Assembly (NCBI RefSeq): GCF_006345805.1
Contig: NW_021836877.1
Location: forward strand, 1 to 37,063
Reading direction: 5' to 3'
Source of the DNA: Octopus sinensis
Taxonomy: Eukaryota
Length of the DNA stretch: 37,063 bases
A model generated the notes under the pieces. That model was given only the letters and a program-made list of their open reading frames with translations, was not told the DNA's origin and made no database searches. The translations under genes and the position numbers were made by a program. This document shows, one piece after another, positions 25,309-36,435 of this stretch (positions within the stretch are counted from its first letter, which is position 1; every line of letters starts with the position of its first letter).

Positions 25309-26352
25309 AGTTTTGTGTGTGTATGTAATGTATGTGTGTATGTGTGTGTGTGTTTGTGTGTGTGTGTGTGAGAGAGAGATAAATATATACTAAGGGTACT
25401 TAACCTGGTAGTTAGCTTCACAATCGTAATACTGTTCGTTCAATTCTTGAACCGGGCAGCGCTTTGCATCTTTCTTTTATTCGAATATAATATATCCAGA
25501 AGTACGTTATTTAATATATCCTTTCTTACTGTTGCTGTTGTCTTATATTCCGAGATCAGTCTTAATCCTGCAGTTCTATGATCAATGATATTCAAGTCAG
25601 GATAATTCGGCCTGGTTTTGATTTTTGACAGTGATTGTGTCAAGGATCATATTCATCAATGTGGCATGGGATTTTTAAGGCAAAAGATTTTGACGGAGAT
25701 TTAGCTGTCATTTCTAACAAGTGAAGTGATCATATACATTCCAGTTCTCTCTCTCCCCTCTCTCCCTCTCGACTTCTCTCTCTTTCTCTCCTTTTCTCTC
25801 GTATATATTTATTGTTGCTATTGTTGCTTAACTCAAATGTCAACTCTGATCGATCGGGCATATATTCAGAAACGGCATTTATTGTTGCCGTCTTGATCAA
25901 TCTGTCAATTTATAAAGCTGGGACTACATTCTAATGTAACTTTCATTCTTTAATGGTGATTTGAGGAAGATTAGAATTTAACTGTTATTTCTAGAACGTC
26001 GAGCGACTACGTAAAAACGTCTACTTAGACTCATTATAATTACTCATTAGGAGTAATGGAGATCATGCCGATTCTTAAACCTTCCTGTTTAATGTCCTTC
26101 TTTTCAAATTCATTGTAAATCGAGGAACCTTTCTGTTACAAGAATCGTCATATTAGTTCCTCTCTTGCAAATTATTTTCCAAAGTCTAACAGTTTTTCTA
26201 TCAATAAATAAATATTATTATTTTACTATAATTTTGAGAAGGATTGTGATGGGTATTCTTTACTCTGCTCCAAAAACACCAACCTAAATCTATATAAATA
26301 TATCAATAACAAATCAAATATAACATTGAGTGAACGACACATCACACACAAA

Positions 26353-27005
26353 CATCATCATCATCATCATCATCATCATCGTTTAACGTCTGCTTTCCAT
26401 GCTAGCATGGGTTGGACGCTTTGACGGAGGGCTGGCGAACCAGATGGCTGCACCAGGCTCAAATCTTGATCCGGCAGAGTTTCTACAGCTGGATGTCCTT
26501 CCTAACGCCAACCACTCCGAGAGTGTAGTGGGTGCTTTTACGTGCTACCGGCACGGGGGCTGGTCAGGCGGTACTGGCAACGACCTCGCTCGAATCTTTT
26601 TACACATGCCACCGGCACAGGTGCCAGTAAGGCGATGCTGGTAACGATCACACTCGAATGGTGTCTTTTACGTGCCACTGGCACGGAAGCCAGTTGGCTG
26701 CTCTGGCAACGATCACGCTAGAATAGTGTTCTTGGTACCCTACTAGCACGGGGCTCGAGAGCCATTAAGGCGATGCTGGTAACGATCACACTCAAATGAT
26801 GCCCTTTTATGTGCCACTGGCACGGAAGCCAGTTAGCCGCTCTGTCAACGATCACACTCGTATGGTGCGCTTTGCACCCTCTAGCACGGGTGCCAGTCAT
26901 CGAATTTCACTTTGATTTTGATTTCACTTGCCTCAGCAGGTCTTCGCAAGCAGAGTTTAGTGTCCAAAGAAGGAAAAGGTACGCATAAGTGGGCTGGTTA
27001 CGCCC
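26353..27005 (-). mobile_element. SINE-like retroposon with (TGA)n tail and internal array of about 65-bp units
   Basis: 3' end shared with 3531-3892; five to six diverged internal units at 26531-26905. Confidence 0.88.
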
Positions 27006-27177
27006 ATTAATAAAATCCATTAGTAAAATTTCTTGGGAGAAAATAGCAATATTATGCTATATTTAACAGCAGCCAGGAAGAAATTACCATTCGCAAAACC
27101 TGGTCACCATAATTAAGTTCCACCAAATTACTCAAGAATAATTAATTAATATTATAGAAAATAATTGCGCAACATAG

Positions 27178-27670
27178 ACGTGGATGTGTATTAGAGCAAC
27201 TTGCTTCCTAAACATGCGGTCTCACGTTCAGTTCCACTTGTCGGCTCCTTCGACAAGTGGCTTCCATTGTAGCCCGAGCCGACCTAAGACTTATGAGTAG
27301 GTTTGGTAGAGGGAAACTGAAAGAAGCCAGTCATATAATCGTGTGTGGGTGTGGGTGTGGGTGATGGTGGCTGTGTATGTGTGCGTATGCGTGTGTCTGT
27401 GTCTGTGTGCGTGTCTGTGTGTGTGCGTGTGTCTGTGTCTGTGTGCGTGTGTGTGTCTTTGTGTTTGTTTTCCACTTGCGTTTGCCGGACAGAGTTGGCT
27501 TGTTTACGTATCTGTAACTTAGCGGTTCGGCCACAGTGAAAGATAAAATAAGCATCAGGCTTTAAAAATGCTTAGGAAATATTAAGGCTGATTTTTTTTT
27601 ACAAATAAATCAATCAAACGGTGCCCCAGTATGGTAGCCTGAATGACTGAATCAAGCAAAATATAAAAAG
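27178..27670 (+). mobile_element. Diverged CORE-like SINE with internal (GT)-rich expansion
   Basis: Collinear with 9499-9840 (GGAAACTGAAAGAAGCC, TAACTTAGCGGTTCGG, CGGTGCCCCAGTATGG). Confidence 0.85.
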
Positions 27671-27895
27671 TAACGTAAAGCCACTCCCTCCATAAATTTA
27701 GTGCGATTTTTCCTAAAATTTGACTTTCTGACTTTCTCACTAGCACCTAACAGTCGATAGCACGCACGACAGTGTGCACGCATGCGTGTCAGTGAGTGCA
27801 ACAAACACATTCCCGCCAAGTCGAAGCGTTTATGTCATGAGCTCAATGTCGGCTAACAAAAAGCTGATTTGACCTATTCGAAATATATGCCGCCT

Positions 27896-27914
27896 AATGA
27901 TGATGATGATGATG

Positions 27915-28003
<89 letters not shown>

Positions 28004-28029
28004 AAGAAGAAGAAGAAGAAGAAGAAGAA
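27896..28029. repeat. Compound microsatellite (TGA)n-(TAA)n-(GAA)n
   Basis: Read directly from the sequence. Confidence 0.97.
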
Positions 28030-28148
28030 TATAGAAAATAATGTGTATATATTTTCTATATTCTATATAGAATATATTTGTGTATACACGCACGCAAATA
28101 TATTTACGAATACATATGTTGCGTGTGTATGCGCGCGCATGTGTGTGG

Positions 28149-28180
<32 letters not shown>

Positions 28181-28265
28181 GTGTCCATCTGTGTATAAAG
28201 GTTTATAGTGTATATGCAATATACATACATACATAATATATATATATATATATACATACATATAT

Positions 28266-28316
<51 letters not shown>

Positions 28317-28329
28317 TATATATATCACC

Positions 28330-28512
28330 ATGCTCGACTGCTGAAATCTACGCGTTTTTTAATTGTTTCTTTGTTTACTTTCTCGCATTTCTTTCTGTTG
28401 AAGAGCGTAGGCTCGAAACGTAAAATACTTTTTCATTTTCCTGAATGTCAAACTAACAGATTAGCCTGTTGTTCATACGCCTGTCTTTGTTTTTTATTTT
28501 TCTATAAATTTC
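28330..28512 (+). mobile_element. Short (TA)n-flanked module resembling a Penelope-like pseudo-LTR, containing a hammerhead-like motif
   Basis: Flanked by (TA)n on both sides and contains TTT-CTGTTGA-A-GAGC-GTAG-GCTC-GAAACGTA-AAA. The PLE assignment is inferred from the motif. Confidence 0.6.
28392..28425 (+). ncRNA. Minimal type I hammerhead ribozyme-like motif (variant core, U at position 6)
   Basis: Core CUGUUGA (28395-401), stem II GAGC/GCUC with GUAG loop, GAAA, palindromic stem III ACGU, GUA cleavage triplet (A28422), 3-bp stem I UUU/AAA. Confidence 0.5.
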
Positions 28513-28531
28513 ATAGATATATATATGTATG

Positions 28532-28565
<34 letters not shown>

Positions 28566-31404
28566 AGAATAAATGTTTTTATATATAAAGAACGTGAAAT
28601 ACAGGAAGGCACGAACACGGAACACAGACAAATCATTCGAAGCCTTCAATCTTCAGTCAGACACCGAATCATCATAGCAAATTTCGGCTGTTCAATTCTG
28701 ATATTTGCTCCAAATCGGCCAGCCCCAAGAAAAAAACTAAGCTGTAAGCATTAGATTCTTGGTAGAAGACAGGAATGTGAACGCACGAGACGGATGTAAA
28801 TACAAGAGACGAAAACGAAATTGAAAACAGTAATGGATAAACAAAATATAACGATGGTTGTCTTACGACTTTAGACCAAATGAGACAACAACAACAACAA
28901 CCATAGCAGCTGGCGTAGAAATAATTACCGTATATATATATATGTGTGTGGTGTTTGTGTGGTGTGTGGTGTGTGTGTGTGTGTGCACATATATATGTAT
29001 ATATATATATATAATATATATATATATATATTATATATATATATATATATGTGTGGGTGTGTGTGTGCATATATTATATATATATATATATATATATTAA
29101 GCAACATGATATCAAGAAGTGATGCAGTGCTATCCTCAGCTGCAGAAATAAATAGAATTTTAACTAGTTGGACAAATTAATATAACTTTTCTCAAATACT
29201 TCAACAGAGCAAGAAGATGGAAGAAATTCATGTTGATGCTATTGTAGCTAAGAATAGACTACACTTCCAAGAATGGTTTCTGTTTATAATGATGGGTAAA
29301 AGAGAGTTGACAGCTCATGGCTAGGTGCGATCATAAATGTTGTCATATGTACCCTTTTCTTCAGGTAAGGAAGAAGACATTCGGAGTAGTCAATTGGATA
29401 TAGAGTAACTGTCTAAAAAAGGAGGCTGGGTAGGGGAAGACTCTAAATCATGATGTTAATTACCAGTTAAAGGGGCAAGACGCTAATAAAACCTAGGATG
29501 TTAATACAGAGGAAATTTTATCTTTGGGTACTATGGGTGATTGTTTATAAACAATATTGTTATGGTGTATAAAAATAAAATTTAAGATTTTCAAAAATGA
29601 TATCATAACCAAAATAGTTAACATGTGTGTATATATCAGTTATCAACATTAAAAAGTTAAGATTACATAGACTTAGTTTAATATTCATTCATGTTTAATA
29701 TTCATTTATTAATTACTTCTTGGGTGGTTTCTATATAGACTGCTCAGTGCAGGAAAGATAAACATGCTGTCTATATATTAATTATAAGCCAAGAATTACA
29801 AATATTTATACGTTTATATAGATATAGTATAACCATCTCGCATAGAAGTAAGTAACTGAAAAGTATCTCTTTACGAACAAGAAAAAATAACAATTTATAA
29901 GGGATAAGAGGTTAATAGGTTATGCACATATATGCATATATACACACATACAAAAATGTATACGTTTATAAGGATACAGTATAACCTCTATTTAAGAACA
30001 GCAACAACTTATATGGATAAGAGGTTAGTTGGTAAGGATATCAAAATAAGAAAACAAAATAATGAGAATTTATAGAGAATAATAAGAAATACATATCACT
30101 CACATTTAAAGAGGTAGGGAAGAGATAAAGGTAAGCTGAAAAGAGGATGTAGTAGGTATGAGCGTAGTGAGAGCAGTTAGAGGTATTCAGACCAAAGAAG
30201 TTTTATAAGTTGCTATGTTACATGTGCTATTAAATATATATGATTTTATAGCTTTTAGTGAGTATATAATTAGGAAACTTACATAAAAGCCAGTACAAAT
30301 ATACATAATATGATCAGTAGGGTAGAACATCATAGAAAGGGAAAAAATAGTTTAATCACCAAAAGCATGATGAAGTCAGACTAATTAGACATGCTTTATC
30401 ATGGGATATTAATTACATATAGCACACCACATACCATAACATATAGCTTATAACATATGCAATGCAATTTAATTCACCATTTAACTCAATATCCCATGAT
30501 TTTATTATATCTAATGCTGGCGGGTAAATTTACCACGGATACGGCACCAAAATTAATTTCCACCATCAAAGTTCAAGTATGGCACCTATAATCGCTAATT
30601 TCGAAAACGCTTAAATGTACGAATGACGCTATGTACGCATGATGCCCTTAGGTCTAATCTATAATTAATCAGGTTGTTCTTGTCCCTATACTTAAAATCT
30701 CATAAGTTTCCATAAGGCACAGCTCGCACCCGTATCGACTATCTCAATAACGCTGCGCTTTCCGTATTATATCCCATTTAAAGCTAGATTCGATCCCGCT
30801 TTCCCTCAGTTCCCAAATCTTACTAGATAAGGACGTACAACTGGCATCTAAAATATGAAAAATGATTATTGATACGTTTTTTCATATTTATCGAACGCGT
30901 TATTTAGTGTATACATATGTATATGTGTATTACATGTGTTTGTGCGTGTGTGATTGTCTGCGTGCGTGTATGTGTGTGTGTAAGTGAGAAAGGGTGAGAG
31001 AGTGTGTGTGTGTGTTTACGTAAGTGAATATGTGATTGAACGAGTTTCTATGTTAAAATATAGAACATAACAGTTTTCACAGCTCTATAAGCATGCTTCG
31101 TCAGTAATTCTACGCTTGGGCGATTTAATTTCTCAATAACAATGCCCTGAATATACTTTCTAACATACACACCCATTTCCTTACAAGAGATAACAATGTT
31201 ATCTATTGTAAACGGAGAGTGTATGAATTATGTATTGCTAAAGTTAGAGGTAGTTTTATGTATGCGAATTTGTATGCTCTGATATAAGTGATGTAAGTGT
31301 ATAGACATATTTGTAGGTGTGTGTGTGTATGTACGTATGAGTGTGTATATTTATGGATGGCTGTATATATATATATGATTGTATGTGTGTGTGTGTGTGC
31401 ATAT

Positions 31405-31476
31405 AGGCGTCACGCAGTGAGGCTGAACCTGGGACCATGTGGTTGGGAAGCAATCATCTTACCAGACAGCCATGTT
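31405..31476 (-). mobile_element. tRNA-like head of CORE-like SINE
   Basis: Reverse complement CATGGCTGTCTGGTAAGATGATTGCTTCCCAACCACATGGTCCCAGGTTCAG. Confidence 0.8.
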
Positions 31477-31544
31477 CCCTCTCTCTCTCTTCATGTATAT
31501 ATATATATATATATATATTGTAGCTGTTTATGATAGTTTCATAT

Positions 31545-31726
31545 TTTGGCCACCAATTTTAAGGGGAAGGTTTAAGTGATCAATTGGTATTTATATTATC
31601 GACCCCGGAAGAATGAAAGAGAAAGCCGATCTCGGTGCAGTTTGATCTCAGAACGTAAAGATTCGGAAAAAAATGTTGTTAGGTATTTTGTCCGATGCGC
31701 TAACGATCCTACCAGCTCGCCGCCTA
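31545..31726 (-). mobile_element. Diverged Meta-type SINE
   Basis: Reverse complement starts TAGGCGGCGAGCTGGTAGGATCGTTAGCGC and includes CTTTCATTCTTCCGGGGTCGAT. Confidence 0.82.
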
Positions 31727-31752
31727 AGATAGTAATGAAAGACCTTTCTGAT

Positions 31753-31870
31753 ATAGGCACAAGGCATGACATTTTGGGGGAAGAAGTTACTGGATTGCAT
31801 CAACACCGGTGCTCAACTGGTTCTTATTGTATCGACACCCACAAGATGAAAAGCAATATCGTCCCGGTCG
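31753..31870 (-). mobile_element. 3' half of Meta-type SINE
   Basis: Reverse complement TTTTCATCTTGTGGGTGTCGATACAATAAGAACCAGTTGAGCACCGG. Confidence 0.75.
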
Positions 31871-31946
31871 GTCCGAAAGGAAATAAGGACGAAATGCTGT
31901 TAAACACTTCGTCCGGCATGCTAGCTATTCCACAACCTCACCACCA

Positions 31947-31978
<32 letters not shown>

Positions 31979-31984
31979 TACTAC

Positions 31985-32025
<41 letters not shown>

Positions 32026-32035
32026 TAATAATAAT
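31947..32035. repeat. Compound microsatellite (CTA)n-(ATA)n
   Basis: Read directly from the sequence. Confidence 0.95.
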
Positions 32036-32315
32036 CTAAGGGAACTCCTTTTTTTTATTTTGCTGCGGGGTTGTGTAGCATTTTCTGCGGGATCTTTTCC
32101 AAGTTATTGAGTGAAATTCTACAGCATTCTGTCAACATCTTTTTTTCGTCAGTGTATATGAGCAGTGTGTGCTCGCATAGGGGTGCGATTACACATATCG
32201 CGTTTTATTGCATCTTAAAAAAAATATTTTTAAAGTATGAAATACATTTTGACAAAAGGAAAGAGGAGGCTTTAATGTTTAACCTTTTTTTTACCCCTCT
32301 GAAGCCCTTACTTAC

Positions 32316-32524
32316 GTATGTACTCATTCTGAAACCCTGTTTTTGATCTTTGATCGGATATGGCAATATTTATTATCTTTGAAATCATACTTAGAACATC
32401 TTTGAGTACAGAAAAGAATATTTTGAAAGAAAGTACGAGGGCTGTTTTGATTTCTGAAATGGTTTCACAATATTCTGATGTCTGAAGAAAATCGAAATTT
32501 AATCCAATCAGGTATTTCACCTTT
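32316..32524 (-). CDS. Candidate internal coding exon, unknown protein
   Basis: Acceptor TTTGATTTCTTCCCACAG, 209 nt with a 69-codon open frame (KVKYLIGLNFDFLQ...KTGFQNEYI) in AT-rich DNA, donor GTAAGT. No homolog confidently recognised. Confidence 0.3.
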
Positions 32525-32940
32525 CTGTGGGAAGAAATCAAACGGTGCATCTTTGTGATCCCTTGATAGGCTAGAAATAGAAGCCAAAAATTCTTAAATT
32601 ACACCTAGCTGTAGGAGCATTTGATGGATGTAGTCTTTCATACACGACATCTGAGAATGGGCGTGTCCTGGAGATGTACTACAAAAAAAGGACAGCATTA
32701 AAAGCAACAGAATGATATTAAGTAATCAGTAAGAATTCGGTTTCTTATGCAATATATTTTGCATATTTGTAAAGTGGAAATGATTCGAACGGGAAGACGT
32801 TGCACAATCGCTCGGCTACTAGAAGAAGCAGCCAGATCTTCCTCAAACTTCACTCAATTCTCTTAAGCTTGATCGATCAAGGTTCAACCATATCTATACG
32901 CACCTTTAGAAGTAATTAATTAAGAAGTAATTAAAATAAA

Positions 32941-33197
32941 ATAAATGCGCCCTTTTAAAGCCTAGCCAGGCTCATGGGCCCGCCCGGTTTCCTGGTTTCC
33001 ATGGGGTATGTGTTCCCCAGCTGGATGGAACGCCAGTCCATCGTAGCGTTACTCATTTTTGCTAGCTAAACGGACTGGAGCAACGTGAAATGAAGTGTTT
33101 CGCAGAAGAACGCAACGCGTCGCCCGGTCCAGGAATCGAAACCACAATCTTACGATCATGATGCTGACACCCTAACCACTAAGCCACGCGCCTCCAC
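32941..33197 (-). mobile_element. tRNA-derived SINE of a fourth family (V-domain-like 3' part)
   Basis: Reverse complement GTGGAGGCGCGTGGCTTAGTGGTTAGGGTGTC...GGTTTCGATTCCTGGACCGGGC...CGATGGACTGGCGTTCCATCCAGC. Confidence 0.88.
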
Positions 33198-33599
33198 TCT
33201 ACGAAGTAATTACTGAAGTTAAACTACACGTTATGAATAATCATCGTTATGAATAATCATCGTTAATTACCGTAAATGAGCACTTAGTAGACTTGGTACT
33301 GTTATAACAGGCGCTACTTATTCACTGAATATTTCCCGCGTTCGTCAATCCAACATCTGTGAAGCAACAAAAGAGACTCCATAGGTGATCGCTTCGCCTA
33401 CTAGAAATAGCGGCATAAATTACCTCAAATCAGACCCTACACCCTTTGGTCCACTCTTTCGTCACTCTGTTTGGTAGTCTTCTACTATTATTACAATTGC
33501 TAGTACTGCTACTACTAACGTACATTATTTATTGTTGTTTTCTAGTAAGTTGCAATTCCTACCATGCACCCCCATATATATATACAATAATATATATAT

Positions 33600-33638
<39 letters not shown>

Positions 33639-33864
33639 ACATATATATACATATAGATATATATATATATTGTATATATATATAGTATAAATATATATTA
33701 TATACATATATATTATAGTATGTACACATATATATATATATACAAATTATATATTATATATACATGCATTCGACGTGTGCGTGTATGCGTGTGTATGAGC
33801 ACGCTCGTGTGTATGAACAGATAACATATATAAATACATATTAGTGCAGGCATATCTATGTCTT

Positions 33865-33960
33865 AAGTTTTAAGTTGGTAACATGTGGAACCACCATGTT
33901 CCGGGTTCAATCTTACTGCATGTCAACTAAGATGAATGTCTTTCAGTGTCACTTCAAGTT
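33865..33960 (+). mobile_element. Highly diverged CORE-like SINE head
   Basis: ACCACCATGTTCCGGGTTCAATCTTACTGC resembles the B-box region of the 9499 family. Confidence 0.55.
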
Positions 33961-34179
33961 AACCCAATTGCGTAACTGAGCTGTCATCGGGTTTGATCTG
34001 TACACACCCATCTCTGCCTTAAGCAGGATATCTATTTACAAAGCGAGACCGATTGTATATTTATTAAACGTACTCATATAACATTTATATATTTATGTAT
34101 GAAGGTATTTGGTAATTGTGGTTTATAATATATATATATAATATATATAATATATTATATATATAATATAGAATATATA

Positions 34180-34401
34180 TACTAGCAATAGGGTTTAGCA
34201 ACGAGTTGCCTTACCACATACCGAATTAGAAATTAAGTTCAAAGGGTTTAGCTATTTTTCTACTAAAAAGGAGATCTCAGTAAAACAGCATGCTGTTTTT
34301 ACTGAGATCTCCCTTTTTATAGAAAGAAGCTATAACCCTTTGACTGCTATTTCTAAATCGGTATGTGGTAAGGCACTCGTTGCTAACCCTTATGCTTAGT
34401 A
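34180..34401. repeat. Fold-back palindrome (about 111-nt arms, no loop), arms differing by many small indels
   Basis: Centre ACAGCA|TGCTGT at 34290/34291; abuts (TA)n. Confidence 0.9.
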
Positions 34402-35265
34402 TTACTTAAATTTTCCTCGAATGAGGCTTTTACATGCCGAAGACTACTTGGTGTAATGTAATTTTTTTCCAAATTAATTAATTTACCCTTCATTATTACG
34501 GATAACCATATATATATATATATATACACATACGTACATATCTGAGCATGTATGATGGTTTTGTATATGTATGTATTATTAATTGTATGTGTGTGCATAT
34601 GTACGTTATTTTTATGAATGTATGTATGTCTACAATGGCAATTGTTGATGTAACACGTTCCAGCCGAGACACAATAGCACAGAATTCAGCAGAGAATAGA
34701 TGCCACATTCTTCAGCATCGACAAATATGTCTTTCATTTTGTACTGCGTTGTTCTGGCGATTTAGCTGCACTTAAGTTACACAAATATAAAGCAACTTAA
34801 CAATGAAATACAGAATAGAGACTCGCCCTGACACCTGACTGATCTACGCACTAAAATCATACAAACTGCTAGACAATTCGGTTGATGTTTTTGTCGTTGT
34901 TGTTGTTGTTGTTATTAAGGACGGTGTCGGTCGTCATTGAGCAAAGCTTATGTCAAAAAAATTTCCAGTCGTGGCAACCTCATTTATTTTACGGGTGAGT
35001 ATATAAGTCTACAATATTTAATGTGCTTTCCACGTTATACAGTAATCCAGGTGTGATTTAAAGCAAATTTGGCTGCTATTTCTAGCACCAAGGTACAATA
35101 TAGAAGCTTCCCTATTGATGTTATTGCTAAACTTGGGTAATTTCTGATTGAGTAAGCCTTTGGTGAACGACTTTTCAATCGGTAACCACCCCGTCTCTTT
35201 TAAACACACACACATACACACACACTAATAGTACATATATATATATATATACACACACAATATAT

Positions 35266-35329
<64 letters not shown>

Positions 35330-35577
35330 ATTTGATGGCCTATAAGACGCACGAGTGCATAGGATACACCCTAGCCTATGGTTTCCTTTCTTCGCTGGCT
35401 GTAGTTTAATTTTTGGCAGCTGCCAGAAACGTGCCATATTTTCATTAGGAGGAGGGCCAAAATACTGTACCGCTGCTCTGTTTCCATGCACTTTAGCGTA
35501 GTCTATTACTTGAAGCTTGTACCGAATAGTGTAGCTTAACCTCTTTCCTCCTGTAGGAAAAATCCGTATAGGTAAAA

Positions 35578-35943
35578 TCTCTCAATATATAAACGACAAA
35601 ATGTGTGTGTGTGTTTATCCTTATACAAATCCACAATTTTTCAGTTAGAGGGCTCGCACTTTCTATGGTCATTCAAAGCCGTGCAAGGGTGGTCGTGCAC
35701 ATCTTTACATTTCCCCAGTCACACGGCAAAGCCATTAAAAAAATCAATAGAATGGACTTTTTTGTGAATTTTTTATCCAAAACCCAATCAAAATACCCGA
35801 AATTTGATACGCCAATTGAATGCCAGCTAGCTGTATGTGATTGGTCGGAGATGCGGACAGTACTCGCGTGTATGTGCGCACGCACGCAGCTGTATACGCA
35901 TGCACATGCACTATGACCCGGCGTTGCCGGTCCATAGTACTAG
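35578..35943 (+). mobile_element. Complete non-autonomous Helitron (366 bp) nested in the pogo-like element
   Basis: A|TC 5' junction (TCTCTCAATATATAAA followed by (TG)n), 3' hairpin ACTATGACCCGGC-GTT-GCCGGTCCATAGT (35910-38), terminal CTAG|T, no TSD. Confidence 0.75.
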
Positions 35944-36043
35944 TCTAGAATATTAAAAAAGAAAATCTCTGATCCGTAACAACCTGTGTCTCGTGAACGA
36001 CTCAATGAAAGTTTCGTGTTATCCTTCATATAGCGAACGTCGG

Positions 36044-36155
36044 CAGCGTTGCCAGGTAGCTTCAGCGTTGCCAGGTAGCTTCAGCGTTGCCAGGTAGCTT
36101 CAGCGTTGCCAGGTAGCTTCAGCGTTGCCAGGTAGCTTCAGCGTTGCCAGGTAGC
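36044..36155. repeat. Perfect 19-bp minisatellite, 5.9 copies (CAGCGTTGCCAGGTAGCTT)
   Basis: Five identical units plus a 17-nt partial unit. Confidence 0.97.
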
Positions 36156-36357
36156 CATCAAGTGATGATTCAATAGATGGCAGCACATGTTTTGTAAGCA
36201 AACATGTAAAGCGATTTTGAGCCTACATTGAGTGTATTCGACACAGGATTTTAAAGCCATTTTTGGGTAAAAAGGTGCATCTTATAGGCCATCAAATACG
36301 GTATATTATATATATGGATTATACGTATGTATATATATATATATAATATATATATAT

Positions 36358-36397
<40 letters not shown>

Positions 36398-36400
36398 TAG

Positions 36401-36435
<35 letters not shown>

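Larger units (their letters stand above)
35327..36301. mobile_element. pogo/Tigger-like Tc1/mariner-superfamily non-autonomous element inserted in (TA)n
   Basis: TIRs CC-TATTTGATGGCCTATAAGACGCAC (35327-52) and GTGCATCTTATAGGCCATCAAATACGG (36275-301), one indel plus one transition; TA on both sides. Confidence 0.88.

Noticed and set aside
26531-27005. HDV-like ribozyme in the SINE array or 5' end
   Set aside because: GCC-loop-GGC hairpins have 5-nt loops without the P1.1 CC/GG pair, and no consistent P1 or P2 could be built.
29400-30500. Possible NUMT
   Set aside because: No recognisable mitochondrial gene, rRNA or tRNA motif.
33229-33265. 16-bp tandem duplication (also the duplicated TA/CA block at 11843-11952)
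   Set aside because: Ordinary local slippage duplications.
36044-36155. CRISPR-like array (also considered for 26531-26905)
   Set aside because: Units are contiguous with no unique spacers, there are no cas genes, and the context is eukaryotic.
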